A DNA stretch of 63,989 bases, the filler included, from Porpidia crustulata (lineage: Eukaryota), in assembly GCA_964255105.1 (NCBI GenBank). It is 5 parts of 5 records of this genome, joined end to end, with 100 filler letters (N's around TTAATTAATTAA, not from the genome) between each part and the next. Parts side by side here need not be neighbours in the genome. Positions count along the whole stretch, not along the records: positions 25,754 to 38,526 come from CAXUWE010000487.1; positions 38,627 to 51,392 come from CAXUWE010000488.1; 3 more parts are not named here. One strand, given 5' to 3'. The notes under the pieces are model-generated. The model was not told the DNA's origin. It was given only the letters and a program-made list of their open reading frames with translations, and did no database searches. A program made the position numbers and the translations under genes. This document shows positions 36,890-49,900 of this stretch, one piece after another; within the stretch, counting starts at the first letter, position 1, and every line of letters starts with the position of its first letter.

Positions 36890-38526
36890 ATGTTGTTTCA
36901 ATCACCCTCCTTACTTGCCTTAAGTGCAATTACATTCTTTTCTCATGCATCGGCATCAGTCGTTGGCCATGCTCGTCTTCATCATCCTGTACAAGCTCGT
37001 CATGCCAAGGTCTCCCACCAGGATACCACCCAACGTGCAGCCAACGCTCGGAGGCAAGCTCTAGGCATGATTGAAGTCCCTTTGAACCAGGTACAGCTGC
37101 TTCAGCAGGAAACAGCTGCATTCAGAGGCTGGATGCAGGCCTGGCTGAGCACGACAAACCCAGCAGACACTCCGGCTTCTATCATGGAGCTGAGGCAGGA
37201 ATATGAGGCCTATGATCTTTGGCTCTCTGCATGGTTCAACTCTACCGTTGTGAAGAACGGACCAGCTCCTCCAGCACTCCCAACAACTGTATCCATCAGC
37301 GCTCCAATCGCTTCAGGCAGCAGCTTACCAACATCAATCTCGCCTGTTTCTACCCCATTGTCAACATCAGATCTCTCAACAGATGCCCCCGCATCATTAA
37401 AAGCACCGCCGTTCCCCAGTTCAGGTCCGGCAGGACCATCTGACAGCCCCCCTTCACTGGGCCCATCTGTATCGAGCCACTCTAGTCCGCCAGGTCCCAC
37501 TACAACCGAGGGAGGTGTATTCGTTGCAAAATCGGATTTTGGAGGACCACTCCCTGCCACTGTTCCAACTAGCACGACTTCAGTCCATCCAAATGTCGCG
37601 TCGAGTACTCTTGTACCAGTAGCCAAACCATCTACTGCTCCAAATGTAAACCCCATCACTCCTTCCGGTGGCGGTTTCAACCCGAATGCGAAGAACAACG
37701 TCGCTGTCTACTACGGCGCGTCGCCCGCCACTAGCAGTACCACCCTCGGAGCGTTGTGCAAAGACACCAATGTCAACATCGTCGTACTCGCTTTTCTCAC
37801 CGTCTACGACGGTCCAGGAGGCTACCCGACCATAGACTTTGGTGGCGCATGTCCACAATCTCAGACCCCAGAAATGACCGCTGCAGGCGCGACAGGGCTT
37901 CTTTCTTGCCCGGCCTTAGCCAAAGACATTACTACCTGCCAAGGCATGGGCAAGAAAGTCTTGCTCAGTTTCGGTGGCGCTTCAGCTGCGACCACGGCAT
38001 TCACAAGTGACACGGATGCGACGAAATTTGCAAGCACGGTCTGGAATCTCTTTGGAGCTGGCACTGGCGCCAAGGCCGGCCTTCGACCATTCGGAACCTC
38101 CGTTGTCGATGGTTTTGATATCGGTAAGTCTAATCCTTAACTTTCGCCAGATCTACGGCTCTATCCACAGTAACCTAACCCGCACCCACAGACACCGAAA
38201 ACAAACAACCAGCCTCCTACACCACCTTCGTCACCGCCCTCCGCGCCCTCACCAAATCCGCCTCGAAACAATTCTTCATCTCCGGCGCCCCGCAATGTAT
38301 CCGCCCGGATGCCTCCATCCCCCTCGACGCCATGCTCCTCATGGACTTCGTCTTCGTCCAATTCTACAACAACCCAGCCTGCAACATCGGCACCCCCGGC
38401 TTCCCGGCCTCCCTGGCCGCCTGGTCCAAGGACCTCGCCGCCCAGGGCAGCACGGCCAAGGTCTTTGTCGGCGCGCCGGCCTGCGCCGACTGCGCGGGTT
38501 CGGGCTACTTGGAGCCGGGGCAGGTG
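36890..38526 (+). CDS. Secreted GH18 class III (subgroup B) chitinase with long N-terminal extension, 3' truncated
   Basis: Signal peptide from ATG 36890. NVAVYYG, CQGMGKKVLLSFGG and LRPFG..VVDG. The catalytic DGFDIDTE is split by an intron at about 38124-38191. ISGAPQC and FVQFYNN follow. Confidence 0.92.
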
Positions 38527-38626
38527 NNNNNNNNNNNNNNNNNNNNNNNNNNNNNNNNNNNNNNNNNNNNTTAATTAATTAANNNNNNNNNNNNNNNNNN
38601 NNNNNNNNNNNNNNNNNNNNNNNNNN
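38527..38626. other. Artificial contig spacer
   Basis: N44-TTAATTAATTAA-N44. Confidence 0.98.
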
Positions 38627-40133
38627 AACCAACGCCGCACCAATAAACCCCACGCTCGCACTCCCCGACCGAATCCACCCGCCTCGCGCGTATAGCGCAT
38701 TTCCCGCCGCTGTGCCCGTGATCTGCCCGAAGAAGACACAAAGCATAAAGGCGGTATTGACCCTGTTGCGCGCTTTGGGGGCGATGGCGTAGATGGCGGT
38801 GCGGTTGGCGATCTGGCTCGTCTGCAGGCCGAGATCGATGAGGAAGGCCTCGACGATGAGGCCGGCGACGGAGAAGGTGCCGGTGTAGGTGCCCAGGGTG
38901 ACGGCGAGGAGGCACATGAGTTCGCCGGTGATGACGGAGAAGAGGGGGACGAAGCGGTCGATGACGAAGCGGGAGTAGATGGGGCCGAGGCACATGGCGA
39001 GGATACCGATGAGGGCGAAGAGGCCGATGACGAGGGTTGAGTAGTTGTAGGGTGGGGATGAGAGGAGGAAAGTCAGCGTGGTCCAGAAAGAGGTGAAAAT
39101 CGTAGAGTTGCAGAATCCGATCAGGCAGGCTTGCACGAGTACGGGATGATGCCAAAGCATCGTGATGATGCTCCATAGCATTTTGAAATAGTTGAGGCCG
39201 CCGGGGTTGGTGGAGGGGTAGTCGGGCATGAAGAACCAGAGAAGGATGAGGATGAGATATTGCAGGCCGAAGCTGAGCCAGTAGATATTGCGCCAATTGG
39301 TGTATTCAGTGACGACACCGGAGAGAACACGGGCGATGAGAATACCAAGAAGGAGGCCGGAGACAACAATTGAGAGGGCAGTGGCGCGACGATGGGGCGG
39401 TGCGAGTTCACCAACTAGAGGCAGCACTGCGGGACGATAGTCAGACGGGTCTGTCGATGTTCTGGTTTAAATTAGCATACTTATCTGCGGAGTCACCGTA
39501 GTGAGAGAGGTGACAAAGGTGAGGAAGCAAAAGACAGGGAATGAATTCGTAACACATAGAACGATCCTGACGACTTGTTAGCTTTCTCTCTACGTAGTGA
39601 AATAGATATAGCATAATCTATTACACACCATGCCGTAGCAGTAAACCAAACCAGAATCAATACAAACGCCCGTCTGTAGAAGATATCTCCGAGCGGACAC
39701 AGAAAGAGCAAGCCACCGGCGTATCCAGCTTGGGCGAGCGTAGGGATCAAGCTGACCCGTTCCTGGGTGACATGAAATTCGTTTGCCAACTTGTTCAGGA
39801 TTGGATGGTTGTAGTAGAGATTCGCAACTAGTTAAAGAGCATCAGCCACGCTTTAAAATCTCATCACGAAAGACTAATGCTAGATTTACCGGTAAATGTT
39901 CCTGCAAAAGCAAACAACAGGTTCAATGGCATGGAAAAGCTATGAGGTCGGTTCGGATCGTGTCGACATCGTTCTGGCGTGTATATGGCTATCGTATAGA
40001 TTTTACGCCAGATAGATGGCGGTAAGACGGACTTGGGGTCTGATGTCGACGAGGTCGCTGATGGCAAGTCGCTGCCTTCTTCTGGAGGTTGCGTCTTGCC
40101 CTCCACGTCCGGGAGAGTGGCATTTTCTGTCAT
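38627..40133 (-). CDS. Major facilitator superfamily transporter, 3' truncated
   Basis: ANLYYNHPIL, PTLAQAGYAGGLLFLCPLGD, GLLLGILIARVLSG, FWTTLTFLL and ARNRVNT across exons. Confidence 0.9.
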
Positions 40134-40830
40134 TGTCGTATGAAGTGGAAATTATACTGCATCACTGAAGATTAATTGGTGGTGCGACGAACCGTCCGAT
40201 TCCATACTGCTGAATTTGTTGTAATTCTAGAAAGCGAACATTGTCGTTCTTCTGATGCATCAATTGTGAATGATGATGAAATCGGACAAAAACTTCTTAT
40301 CGCCGTGGATCTACTCCAATTGCCCGACAGTCGCAGCGGCCGCCAGTCCCACTGAGGAATCTCGGCATGCTGATCAGGATTCTCGGCCCGACGAACAAAG
40401 CCGTCTGAAGCGACTCAGGGCTTCGTAACCCTAAGCTCTTTAAATTGGGCGATTGATTATTCGAACATATGTCAGAGACGCCCAATAAAATGAGATGGAA
40501 TGCATACCAAGTTTGGAAGACTTTTGGCTCCCAAGTAGGAGTAGCAGCGGAAAAGTCAAACTGGAGAGGCATGTTGCGGACTAATGGAGTGGGATTGGAG
40601 AATTATATATACAGACATCGAGGACCGCTTCTCCGGGAAGTAATTGAGTGGATTGGTGAGCAATCTAATAACAAGATCCTATGATATGAAATTACAAAAG
40701 CGCATACGATACGTGATCGGGGTATCACGATCTCGTAGCTGAATGATGGAAGAAGAGTTCTTTTGATCGTGATCTCCTTGACCTCGTTACCTCATAATCG
40801 TTATCGTTCATTCATGTTCCATAGCAATCA

Positions 40831-42860
40831 CTACTGACGGCGAATTTTGTCAATGGCGGTCATGAAGCCTTTCGCACCTGAGCAACGGTCAGTGAGAAAC
40901 GTAGCAAACGTAAAATGCTGATACAAACCATCTGATTCGTCAAAATGCAGCTCCTGCTCGCCTCCGGGTCCCAGCTGGGGACTATATTCTGTCGTAAATA
41001 TGTACCGTTGAAGTTCGGTAAGGTAAATTGTTCTAGAATCGGCCTTTCGCATCCAAGTGCGTGAAAAAACTTGATGAGTGATGAAAGCAATCCACACGGG
41101 CGCTCTGGCTGGGTTAGTACTGAGACCTGGCGACCATGGATACTAATATTCACTTGTTCAACTTTCCCCCCATCACTGACGCCTGCAGTCGTAACCCGCC
41201 AGAGTCTAGGTCTTTGAACAATCTAAGGGAGTGTTCAAATCCATCGTCGATGATGATGCTAAGCCGCGTAAGCCTAGGTAAGAGGAACCATGAAAAGCAT
41301 GAATCCATACCCGGCAAAGATTTGCTTCTCCCCTTTGAGATTGTCATCAAGAACATGTCTGATCCGATGGCGGCCATTGTCGTGAGATCTCAAAGCCAGG
41401 AACGTGCCGAAAAACAAAACCAATCCTACTCAATTAATTAGCAAATAGTCCTGTATTCAATAGTAGGAGGTGCGACGAACTTTCGTAAGTCGGAAATCTC
41501 AATGTAGCCCATCGCCCATCAAGTTTTCCTGCTTGATCGACGCATATAAAAGTCAGATTCGAAGCGTCTCGCTTGACTGATAATGACGTCAGTGCGAGAC
41601 AGGATTGTTTTCGAGATCGGTTGGAGCGCAGGCTTCGACAATAGAACACCGCTCGCTGGTCGCGCTGCCGGAGGTATAGTCTCACAACGAAGTCTCCCTC
41701 TTCAAAAGGTCTAAATAATCAGCTATTAATAGAGGACTTGTCCAGATCAAATATCCTTACAGTTCCAATAACTTAATGTGCTCTTCCGCTAATCGAAAGC
41801 TAGCATCTGGCGCATCTTTCCCAACACATGTCGACCTAGGACATAGTCAGTATTGGGCGGCTCATTCCCAAAGAGTATAGGGAAACATGCACTTGGCCCG
41901 GAATGTCGAAGGGAGTTGTTGATCGAGTCTGAGAAAACAGTCTAGGCACCCAGTGGTTGATGGAAGAGCCGGTGCTGGATGAGTGCGAGGAAAACGTGGT
42001 TGTTGTCGTGGGGGAAATCGGGACTTCAGGTGCGGCGGGAACATAATCAAAGTAATCTGGCTCATAGGTTGGAGACGTGGGTGACTGCGGCGCGTATCCA
42101 CCTCTCATTCGGTCTCTCAATGGGGAGATTGGAGATGGCGCACGTGGTGGAGGTCGCGGTCGCGGTCTCTCGTACGATGGTCGCTTTTGTATGCCTGTGA
42201 GGATTAGCTTGCTTAATATACATGGCGTGTGTGGAGGCCAGGCTGATGCCGATCGGCTTCATGCGCATCATTTGCTTCTGACGAACCTGGATCGTCGACT
42301 GACAAGTTATTGACATTATCTATAATACCAGCTTGTTGTACTTCCAGCAGGGCTCCGATTTTGTATTTCAGATTTTCGTATTCTCGGTGGTCGAGTGTTT
42401 CTCTGTAGTTGCCATCAATTTCCGAGGATAGGGATACATCAGTGAGTACCAACTGTACTATGATACGTCCAAGTCCTAATAAAAAGTTCCGATAATGCTC
42501 CAACCGAATCAGCAGAGTATTGCCACTTTCGGCCCGGATGTGACGGCCAATGTCTATCCAGACTTCTCGATAAGTCGACCTGCCCAGCCGGCCGAAATGT
42601 TTCTCAACGTCCTCGAAGGTGTAGTCAAGACTGAGGCGGACACTCCGAACATCGTCAACGATCAATTCGAATTGGCGGTTGTACCGATAATCGCCAATGG
42701 CGGTGCTGAGCTCGTATAAGGCTGAACTGATCGCAAAGCATTCGGAGATCAGCCCTGTGATCTCGGTTGCGCACTCGGGCACAGCATCCAAGAAGTGGTT
42801 CAAGCCAGCCGCAATGTCTCGTGCCGTTTCGGCCACGGCGATGAGAGCCGTCGTCGACAT
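40831..42860 (-). CDS. Conserved fungal hypothetical protein, multi-exon (helical N-domain, Pro-rich linker, beta-rich C-terminal part)
   Basis: Chain of minus-strand ORFs with plausible introns: AETARDIAAGL..ISECFAISSAL, WATLRFPTYE, IIDDGFEHSLRL..D.DSGGLRLQASV and PVWIAFIT. Confidence 0.7.
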
Positions 42861-44001
42861 CTCCAAACACCGGCGACCTCTCCGCCGATGTTGATTGATT
42901 CGTTAATGTTTCCCAACCATGCTCTGGGGTAGGAATTCCAGAGAGAGAAATGGGAACGATCTGGCATCGCGTCTAAAAATTGTCGAGAATTCACATGGGG
43001 CTCTTCCGGCGCTGCAAATTGACGTGTTCGCGGTTGTCAGGTCAAGATCATCGAGCGCCAATTGGTAGACCGCTGTGGTGCGTTTTCACTGCTCCTCACG
43101 CTGTCGAATCAATGGCTCGCCCGCCGAAAGTAGTGCGTCCAAAAATGCTTTCTATACCCTTCCCGCATGATTCCTACCGGATTCTGGCCAAGGTGGACCA
43201 GGTCGCTAGAAAACTAATATTGCGGTAGTGGTAAAGTGCTGCAGACAATACCTAGTCCTAACGCTCGAGTGCCAGCTAATATGAACAATTAATCGAGGCC
43301 AGCTTACAGTGCATGTGTAATCCTATTGTTGGAGTCGTGATATTCCGTCATTTCCTACCTCTTCATAGCATGAACTGACCAGACATTTCGAAAGAAAGTT
43401 GGAAAGTCATCGACACATTGGAAGAAGTAGCTGCTGTCCATAAGTGCATCGTAATGAAGACGGAGAAAGTGTCAGGAATCTGTCGTGTTATCTCCGTACA
43501 TTGTGACTCACTCGACTAAACGGCCATGACTCGGATTGAGGTCGGTCCGACTTGTGGCGATGTAGGCATTCTGCAGCAAAGGTAGGCAATGCATGCTCTG
43601 CGTGGACTACTCTCAACCTACTAACTTTGAGTCACAGTTTTTATAACAACTTCCGCGTCACCCATAATGCAAGATGCACAAGTAGAATATTGAGCTATTT
43701 TACATGCTATGACTATCAGCTAAACCGGCCCGGACATATCTCAGCCACGTCAAGTAACATCATCATCTACCCATTGGACCATTGCTGATAATATCATCCG
43801 GTGCTCTAAGAAGGAGCCATTTTCCGCGCCACCACCTTCCTTCCAAGCAACACACCGAGCCAACTCTCCTGTAACAGAGGACGCGCAAGGAAAGAAAGAG
43901 TAATTGGAAGCGAGACCCGCGACGATGGTACGGTCAACAGATCGTTTCTGTCCATGGGGAGGCTGGGGCTCGCAATATCATTAACGTCAGGTTTGATGCG
44001 G

Positions 44002-44502
44002 CTACTCCTCATCTTCCTCCTCAGCATCAGCCTGTGTGGCAGGCAGGTCAGCTTCTGTATTGACGTGCATTCCATCATAGGCGAATATCTTACTCACATT
44101 GTAGCTCGCCTTCTCGTCTTCGTAGCGCTGCTTATCGGCTTTGGCCTGGGCCTCGTACGGCTCGCGTTGCTTCATGTTCAACGCCTTCCATCTCTCGCCC
44201 AATTCCTTGCCAACTTGGCCTGTGGTACGCGGGCGCAGTTAGCAAACACGACTCGCTCCATAAGATGGAGATGGGGCATACCGAAGGTGATTCCTGGGTT
44301 CTCCTTCCTCACATCGTCGCGCTTGGCGTTGGCGAAGAACATGTAGGCAGACAGGCCACGCTTAGGCGCATTGGGATCTGACGACGCGTCAGTGCGCGAT
44401 TGGGGTGATTTTGTAACCAGCGCTGAGCTCACCTTTCTTCTTCTTACCTCCCGCCTCAGTCTTGGCCTTGGTCTTACGGGTGGTGGCCTTTTCCTTAGGC
44501 AT
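44002..44502 (-). CDS. NHP6: Non-histone chromosomal HMG-box protein, three introns in the CDS
   Basis: [72 protein letters not shown], with an acidic tail. Confidence 0.95.
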
Positions 44503-44983
44503 TATATCTGTGGCACCTCCGGAGATATGTTAGCGAACGCGTCAATAGAGACGTCTGAAACTCCATGCAATGCGACATGATAAGCTGTAGGATACGATGT
44601 TGTTGTTGTTGGGAAAGTCGCGTCGGGCGCAATCACAAACAACGGCGAAAATCAACAAAGCGGAAGCGAGGGAGTAAAGCTTACGTTGATTGCTAATGGG
44701 ATGGAAATAGGCTGTGGTGAGGAGTGGTGTAGATCTGCAATGCCAGTATCAGATCAACTGACGAAGACGCCCAATGATAAGATCCATCGCCGGATCGTGT
44801 AGAGACACGTTGGCGACGACATGATGAGAGATCAACAAGGTAGTGATGGGGAGCATGTGTAGAATAACGTGATGAAGGGATTTCAGTATGATGGATTTGT
44901 TAGGGATGATACGTACTCGGCTGCGTTATTCTCAGTATGGAGAGCTGTACTGTGCTTTTTTCTTTTTTGGTGGTAACAGGCAG

Positions 44984-45032
44984 AATTTGGGTGAGAGATT
45001 TGGGTGAGGAAATTTGGGTGAGGAAATCTGGG
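44984..45032. repeat. Short tandem repeat of ATTTGGGTGAG (3 copies plus a partial) upstream of NHP6
   Basis: AATTTGGGTGAGAGATTTGGGTGAGGAAATTTGGGTGAGGAAATCTGGG. Confidence 0.8.
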
Positions 45033-45861
45033 AGGCAGTACAAGTACTTGGAGAGAGGGAGGGGCAGGGTAAGGGAGGAGTGTGGGTGGTAGGTGTGGTA
45101 AGGCCAGGCAAGCAGAACAAGGCAGAGAGTACCTTAGTCGTAGCCCCTTCACCACTTTCATTGCTACTAAGGCACTCATTCCCCCGCACTCCTCAACACC
45201 CATTACTACACAAGCAAGCGAATCATCACCTCCCGATCACTCCTCCTACTACTACCACTACTGCTGCTACTGCTACAACAGTACAGACAGTGCGCATTAC
45301 CCACCGTCATAACCACACATCGTCTCCTGATTTATCCACCTACTCCATTACCGGCGATGATACCATATTTGAAGAGCGATAGGTGATCAACCATGATGCT
45401 GACAGTAGGGCTGGGCTACGTATTCCCATCATTTAGTACCAAAATAAGGACTCCCCTTTGTGCTCCGCAAACGGTGATCTGTAGACTGAGGGTGGAATTG
45501 TGGAATTGGGGCGTTGTGATGGTGACCGGCACTCGGATCAACGTTTAGCGAAGCTAGCAGGCTTTCTGGTCCTCTTATAAAGGTAATCCTCACTCCGGAC
45601 AGGACAGCACTTCGCTTTGATCTTGATTGACGGATCACTCATCGTTGGGCCTTGGAGTTCTACATGATAACGATAGGCCCTCCTAGTAGAAGTTCGTCCG
45701 TAGCATTGCCCGACATTGAGAATCCGTCTCTGATAGTTCAGAGACTTCCTCAAACTTAGAGACCACCAGTCAGCAGAGAGCCATATCTATAAGGGCATAC
45801 CATCTAAAGTCGTTTTCAACATAGACATCCCTTGGGAGGACTCAAGACTGCACGGAGCGCT

Positions 45862-46742
45862 TCAATCACTCCATTCGTCCTCAGTGTCAAGGACCAAGTC
45901 TCGTAGTTGGTCATTCGTAGCCCAATCGATACCGCTTCCGACCACGACCGCTGCAACAACATTCTTCATGGTTCTCCATCTGGTCTTGGCGATATTGGTC
46001 TGAGCTTGAATATCCTTCAACCGGTTTTTCAAATCCGACGCTTCAATTGCACTTGAACGATATAGCTTCGTCTCCTTTGCAAGGTCGAGAAGCGTTATTG
46101 CTTTGACTCGATTCTGCGTCATGACACGAAGATTCTCTGCTTCTGTCAAAGTCGAAGCTTTGAATATTGAAGATAGGCTAGTTGAGATATTCGTATGAGC
46201 GATGGATAGTATATCTCGACGATCAATCAGGGTGTGCAAAGATCTTAGGCTCTCGTGAGAAACCGTATCAGTAAGGCACAGAATACGTAGATTCACCTTT
46301 CTGCTGAAGTTCCGTTGATCCCGGAATGGACAGCTTTCAAGATCGGATCTGTAACAAGGACGTTCTCCACAATGCTGTCTCGCAACAGATATATCGCTCT
46401 GGCTTCGAGGCATTCCTTCTCAACAGCTTTTAGTTCGCTACTCGGATCGAGGTCAAGGGAGGGTTGATCCACTATCGATTGAGCGTTAGTCATCCATTTG
46501 CGGTTTTCTGTCCTAAGTCACCTACTCGAAGGCAATCCTTTGGATGTCTCTGTAAGCGCAATCTCAAGCTTCAGCTCCATCAGATGATCGTAAAGGGCCA
46601 GGATCTGATGTTCCATCTCGTAGAACGACAAGGCATCATGTGGCTCATCTCTGGCAAGTTCGGCGAAAGCAGGCACATCTTCTGTAATGGAAATGTCATC
46701 GCTCGGCGAACTTGGTTTGTTGATCGTTGTGCTGGATTCCAT
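45862..46742 (-). CDS. Centromere protein H (CENP-H/Fta3-like) kinetochore subunit, two introns
   Basis: ILALYDHLMELKLE, VLVTDPILKAVH and the C-terminal RWRTMKNVVAAVVVGSGIDWA...LRDLVL. Confidence 0.75.
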
Positions 46743-46909
46743 GTTGGGTAGCGCCTTTGAGAACCTGAAGAGACAAGGGCGCATGATTCCGTAGTTTTCT
46801 CCGTCATCCCACTAGCCAATCGGAAGTTCCCGCTCAAGTGCCATGGGGTCGAGTTGAACAACACCAACGGAATAAAGCTGTCCAGGACTGGGGAGGAAAT
46901 GCATGGGGA

Positions 46910-49900
46910 ATGTCCCTATACATATTCATAGCACACTCGGGAGTTTGCCTCACGGCGGATCCTCAGTCCTTCACCTCGTAAGTCCCATGAAGCTCGAAAG
47001 GCAGCGGGTTTAAGACGATGGACTTGCTAACGGCGTTCGTAGGATCGAGGGTTTGCAGTTATGGATCCGTCAAAATGCGTCCGTCCAAATAGAACATCAA
47101 ATTTTGATGACTGCGCGGGGAAAGCCAGTCAAATATCAGACGCTACTTTTAGAGGTATGGGCGGTATTCTCCCAGGCGCAGAGAGCACTGCTAATCAACT
47201 TGGAGAATGAACTCTTCTTATACAACCGGCAAATACTTTCCACATCTCCTACCAACCACCCTGATGGTACCGTCCCACAAATTCCCATCCCAGCACCATA
47301 CTCGCCCAAAGCAGCGCCCGACACGTCAGTCGACAGCAATAACCTCGAAGCATGGAAGAGCCTGTTCAAAGACCGGCGCTCTTGGGCTGCTGACCTTACA
47401 AGCACTGCCTCGCAAACGGTGGAAGAGGTTCAGAGAATCGATACTGAGACTAGCGTGATTCAACGGAGTGCAGCGATTGCAGTCGAAAACATCAAGCAGC
47501 ATCTGGCCTTTCTGAGACCAAAATATGAGAGTTCCAAGACGTGGGCCAATGGTACCCTAACAGAGCAAAATTATTTGCTCTCTAATTGGGAAGGTTTTTT
47601 GACAAGATACTCTTCGATTCCGGCAGTGGGGGAACTTGGGCGTTGTATTAGCGGCGCCACAGCAGCTTTGGAAGACAGGGGAGCAACCCATAGTTCAAGT
47701 ATTGGTCTTACTTTAAGGGATCTTCTCGATATCACGACCGTGCGAAAGGACGGCGATGTTAGTCGTAATTTGTCTAAAAGTTTTTCTGATCGCCTTGCCG
47801 ACCTGACTACCACCTTTGAGGATATCGTAGAAGAAGCTAGTGGTCTGGTCGAAAATTTCAGTCAAAGCGCCAACTTATCAGATAGTGATGCGGGAGAGCA
47901 GGCCGCTCGATTGATGGAGGAGATCGAGGCCGTCGCAAAGAAAATCAATGCCGACTATGATTATGTTCTCGGGCTACCAAGCACACCAAAGTCAATGTCG
48001 CATGTATCGAGAACGGCTCTTCTACATAAGAGAAACTTTCTCCCATCTTTGGTGCAGACCATCTCTGAAATTGATCAGTTGTGGCGTCGAAGTATAGAGC
48101 GGAAAAACATGACCGTGTTATCTACATTGCAATACATGCAAAAGATCGCTGCAGTTGAATCAAAGATAGCACTTGTTCAATCCAAGCTAGCCAACTTGGA
48201 TGTGGGAAAAGAAGAAGGGCAAGCTTTTGAAAACTTGAGCTTCCTTATACGACTCCCTTCGATTTATGCCTATCTTTTGGTGGAATGCGTGAGGCGACGT
48301 GAGTGGACGGAGAAGATGACCAAGGATTCGTCCTCTTTAGTAGAAGAGATAGCTAATTTCAAAGAGGAGGAGGCAAGGCGACGGAAGAAGTGGATAAAAG
48401 ATATGGATGGAACCGTTGATCTTGATCCTATCGATCACATGGCACTGGGAGTGGATGTCAACGTGAAAGCGCAGAAGCAGCATTGGCCGATTGTCACCCG
48501 GAGTGACGTTACTCACTATATCCAAAGTCTTATGTATGCAGGCAGCTTTGATGATACTATCAACGAAGTCGAAGAACTTATGCGAGGTCTAGACGCACCC
48601 ACCAAGCAGCAAGCTCGGAAGGCAAAAGCATTTAAGAATGGCAGTATTCAAGGTGCTGCTTATGGCAATAACTCTCTACTGCTACGTGGGGATGATGAAA
48701 CTCTCAAGGCGATGAAGAGTGATAAATCAAAACTCGAGGACAAGCTCAAAAGTTCCGAAAGTCGAGTACGCAAATTAGAAGATCTCCTGCATCGACAAAG
48801 CCAGGTATCGAGACCATCTAGTAGTCATGCATTCGCTATCAGCAATGGCACAATTAGCAATCAGCAAACAACTTCGCCAACGCCAACCTTCGCCGCTGTC
48901 CTGCAAAAGCCCCCAGAAAATGTGTCGCGTCGATCTTCGGTATCTTCGCGAAGATTTTCTATGCATAATGAGCCCGAGGATAAAGCTGCGACTCAAAGGA
49001 TAGCAAATCTAGAGGCCGATGTTGGGGGTTTACACCGTGAAGCCGCGGCAAAAGCAAAGGTGGAGAACGACCTTAGAAGTCAGCTGCAGGATGTAGTCTC
49101 TACTAACAAAGACCTCCTGGGCAATTTCGAAGCCCAGCAACGTGAATTTGATGGGGAGCGCCGATCCCTCGAGGAAGAAAATAATAAGCTGAAGCTGAAA
49201 TTAGAGGAGGCTGAGGACGAAATTGACCGCATGCTTGAGAGCCGCGATCAGTTAGACAAAATACAGTCTCTGGAGAAAGAGCTCGAACGAGTTCGAAAAG
49301 ACGCAGCCGCTCAAGTACAGAAAGCGCAAGGCCAAATAGACTTCCTTCACAACGATTATACCATGCAGCGTGAGAAGGCCAACAAGCTGGAACGTCAATT
49401 AAAGCAACAAGGTAACGAGAATGCCGACCTTGGTGTCAGAAGTAATGAACTATCTACACGACTGCAAGGGCTGGATGAAGCTCAGAAAGAACACCAGCGA
49501 TCTTTACGAGCCACTCTTCTCCATCTGTCCAATGAGAAGAGCGCGCCAGTGGATTTTAACGCTCTGGTCGAACACGTTGAATCCATCGCTGAAAGGTCAG
49601 CAGCTCACATAGTGGAACTCAACAGCTCGATCGCCAAAATTCGTGCACAAAATGCTTCCTTGGAAGAGAGGGCGGCGTCTCGTGACACGAAAGTGCATGA
49701 ATTGGAGGAGAAGTTGGGAGTAGAGGAAATGGAAGGTTTCACAGTGCGCGAGAGCCTTGCAGAGCGGAAAATGCAGTATAGTCTACTGCAAGCCACATTG
49801 GAAAAAGAAAGAAAAGAACGTCATGAATTGCAAGCAAGATCTGCTGCTCGGGATTCTAACTCGGAAGCATTGGAGGCTGAGGTTGCTGATAGGGACGGCA

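Noticed and set aside
36890..40133. Chitinase plus MFS transporter (and zinc finger plus ABC transporter) as functional clusters
   Set aside because: Each pair is separated by an artificial contig spacer.
40711..40788. Weak inverted repeat (ATCACGATC / GATCGTGAT) after the hypothetical gene
   Set aside because: Only a 9-bp perfect core, with no telomeric loop and no second copy in the window.
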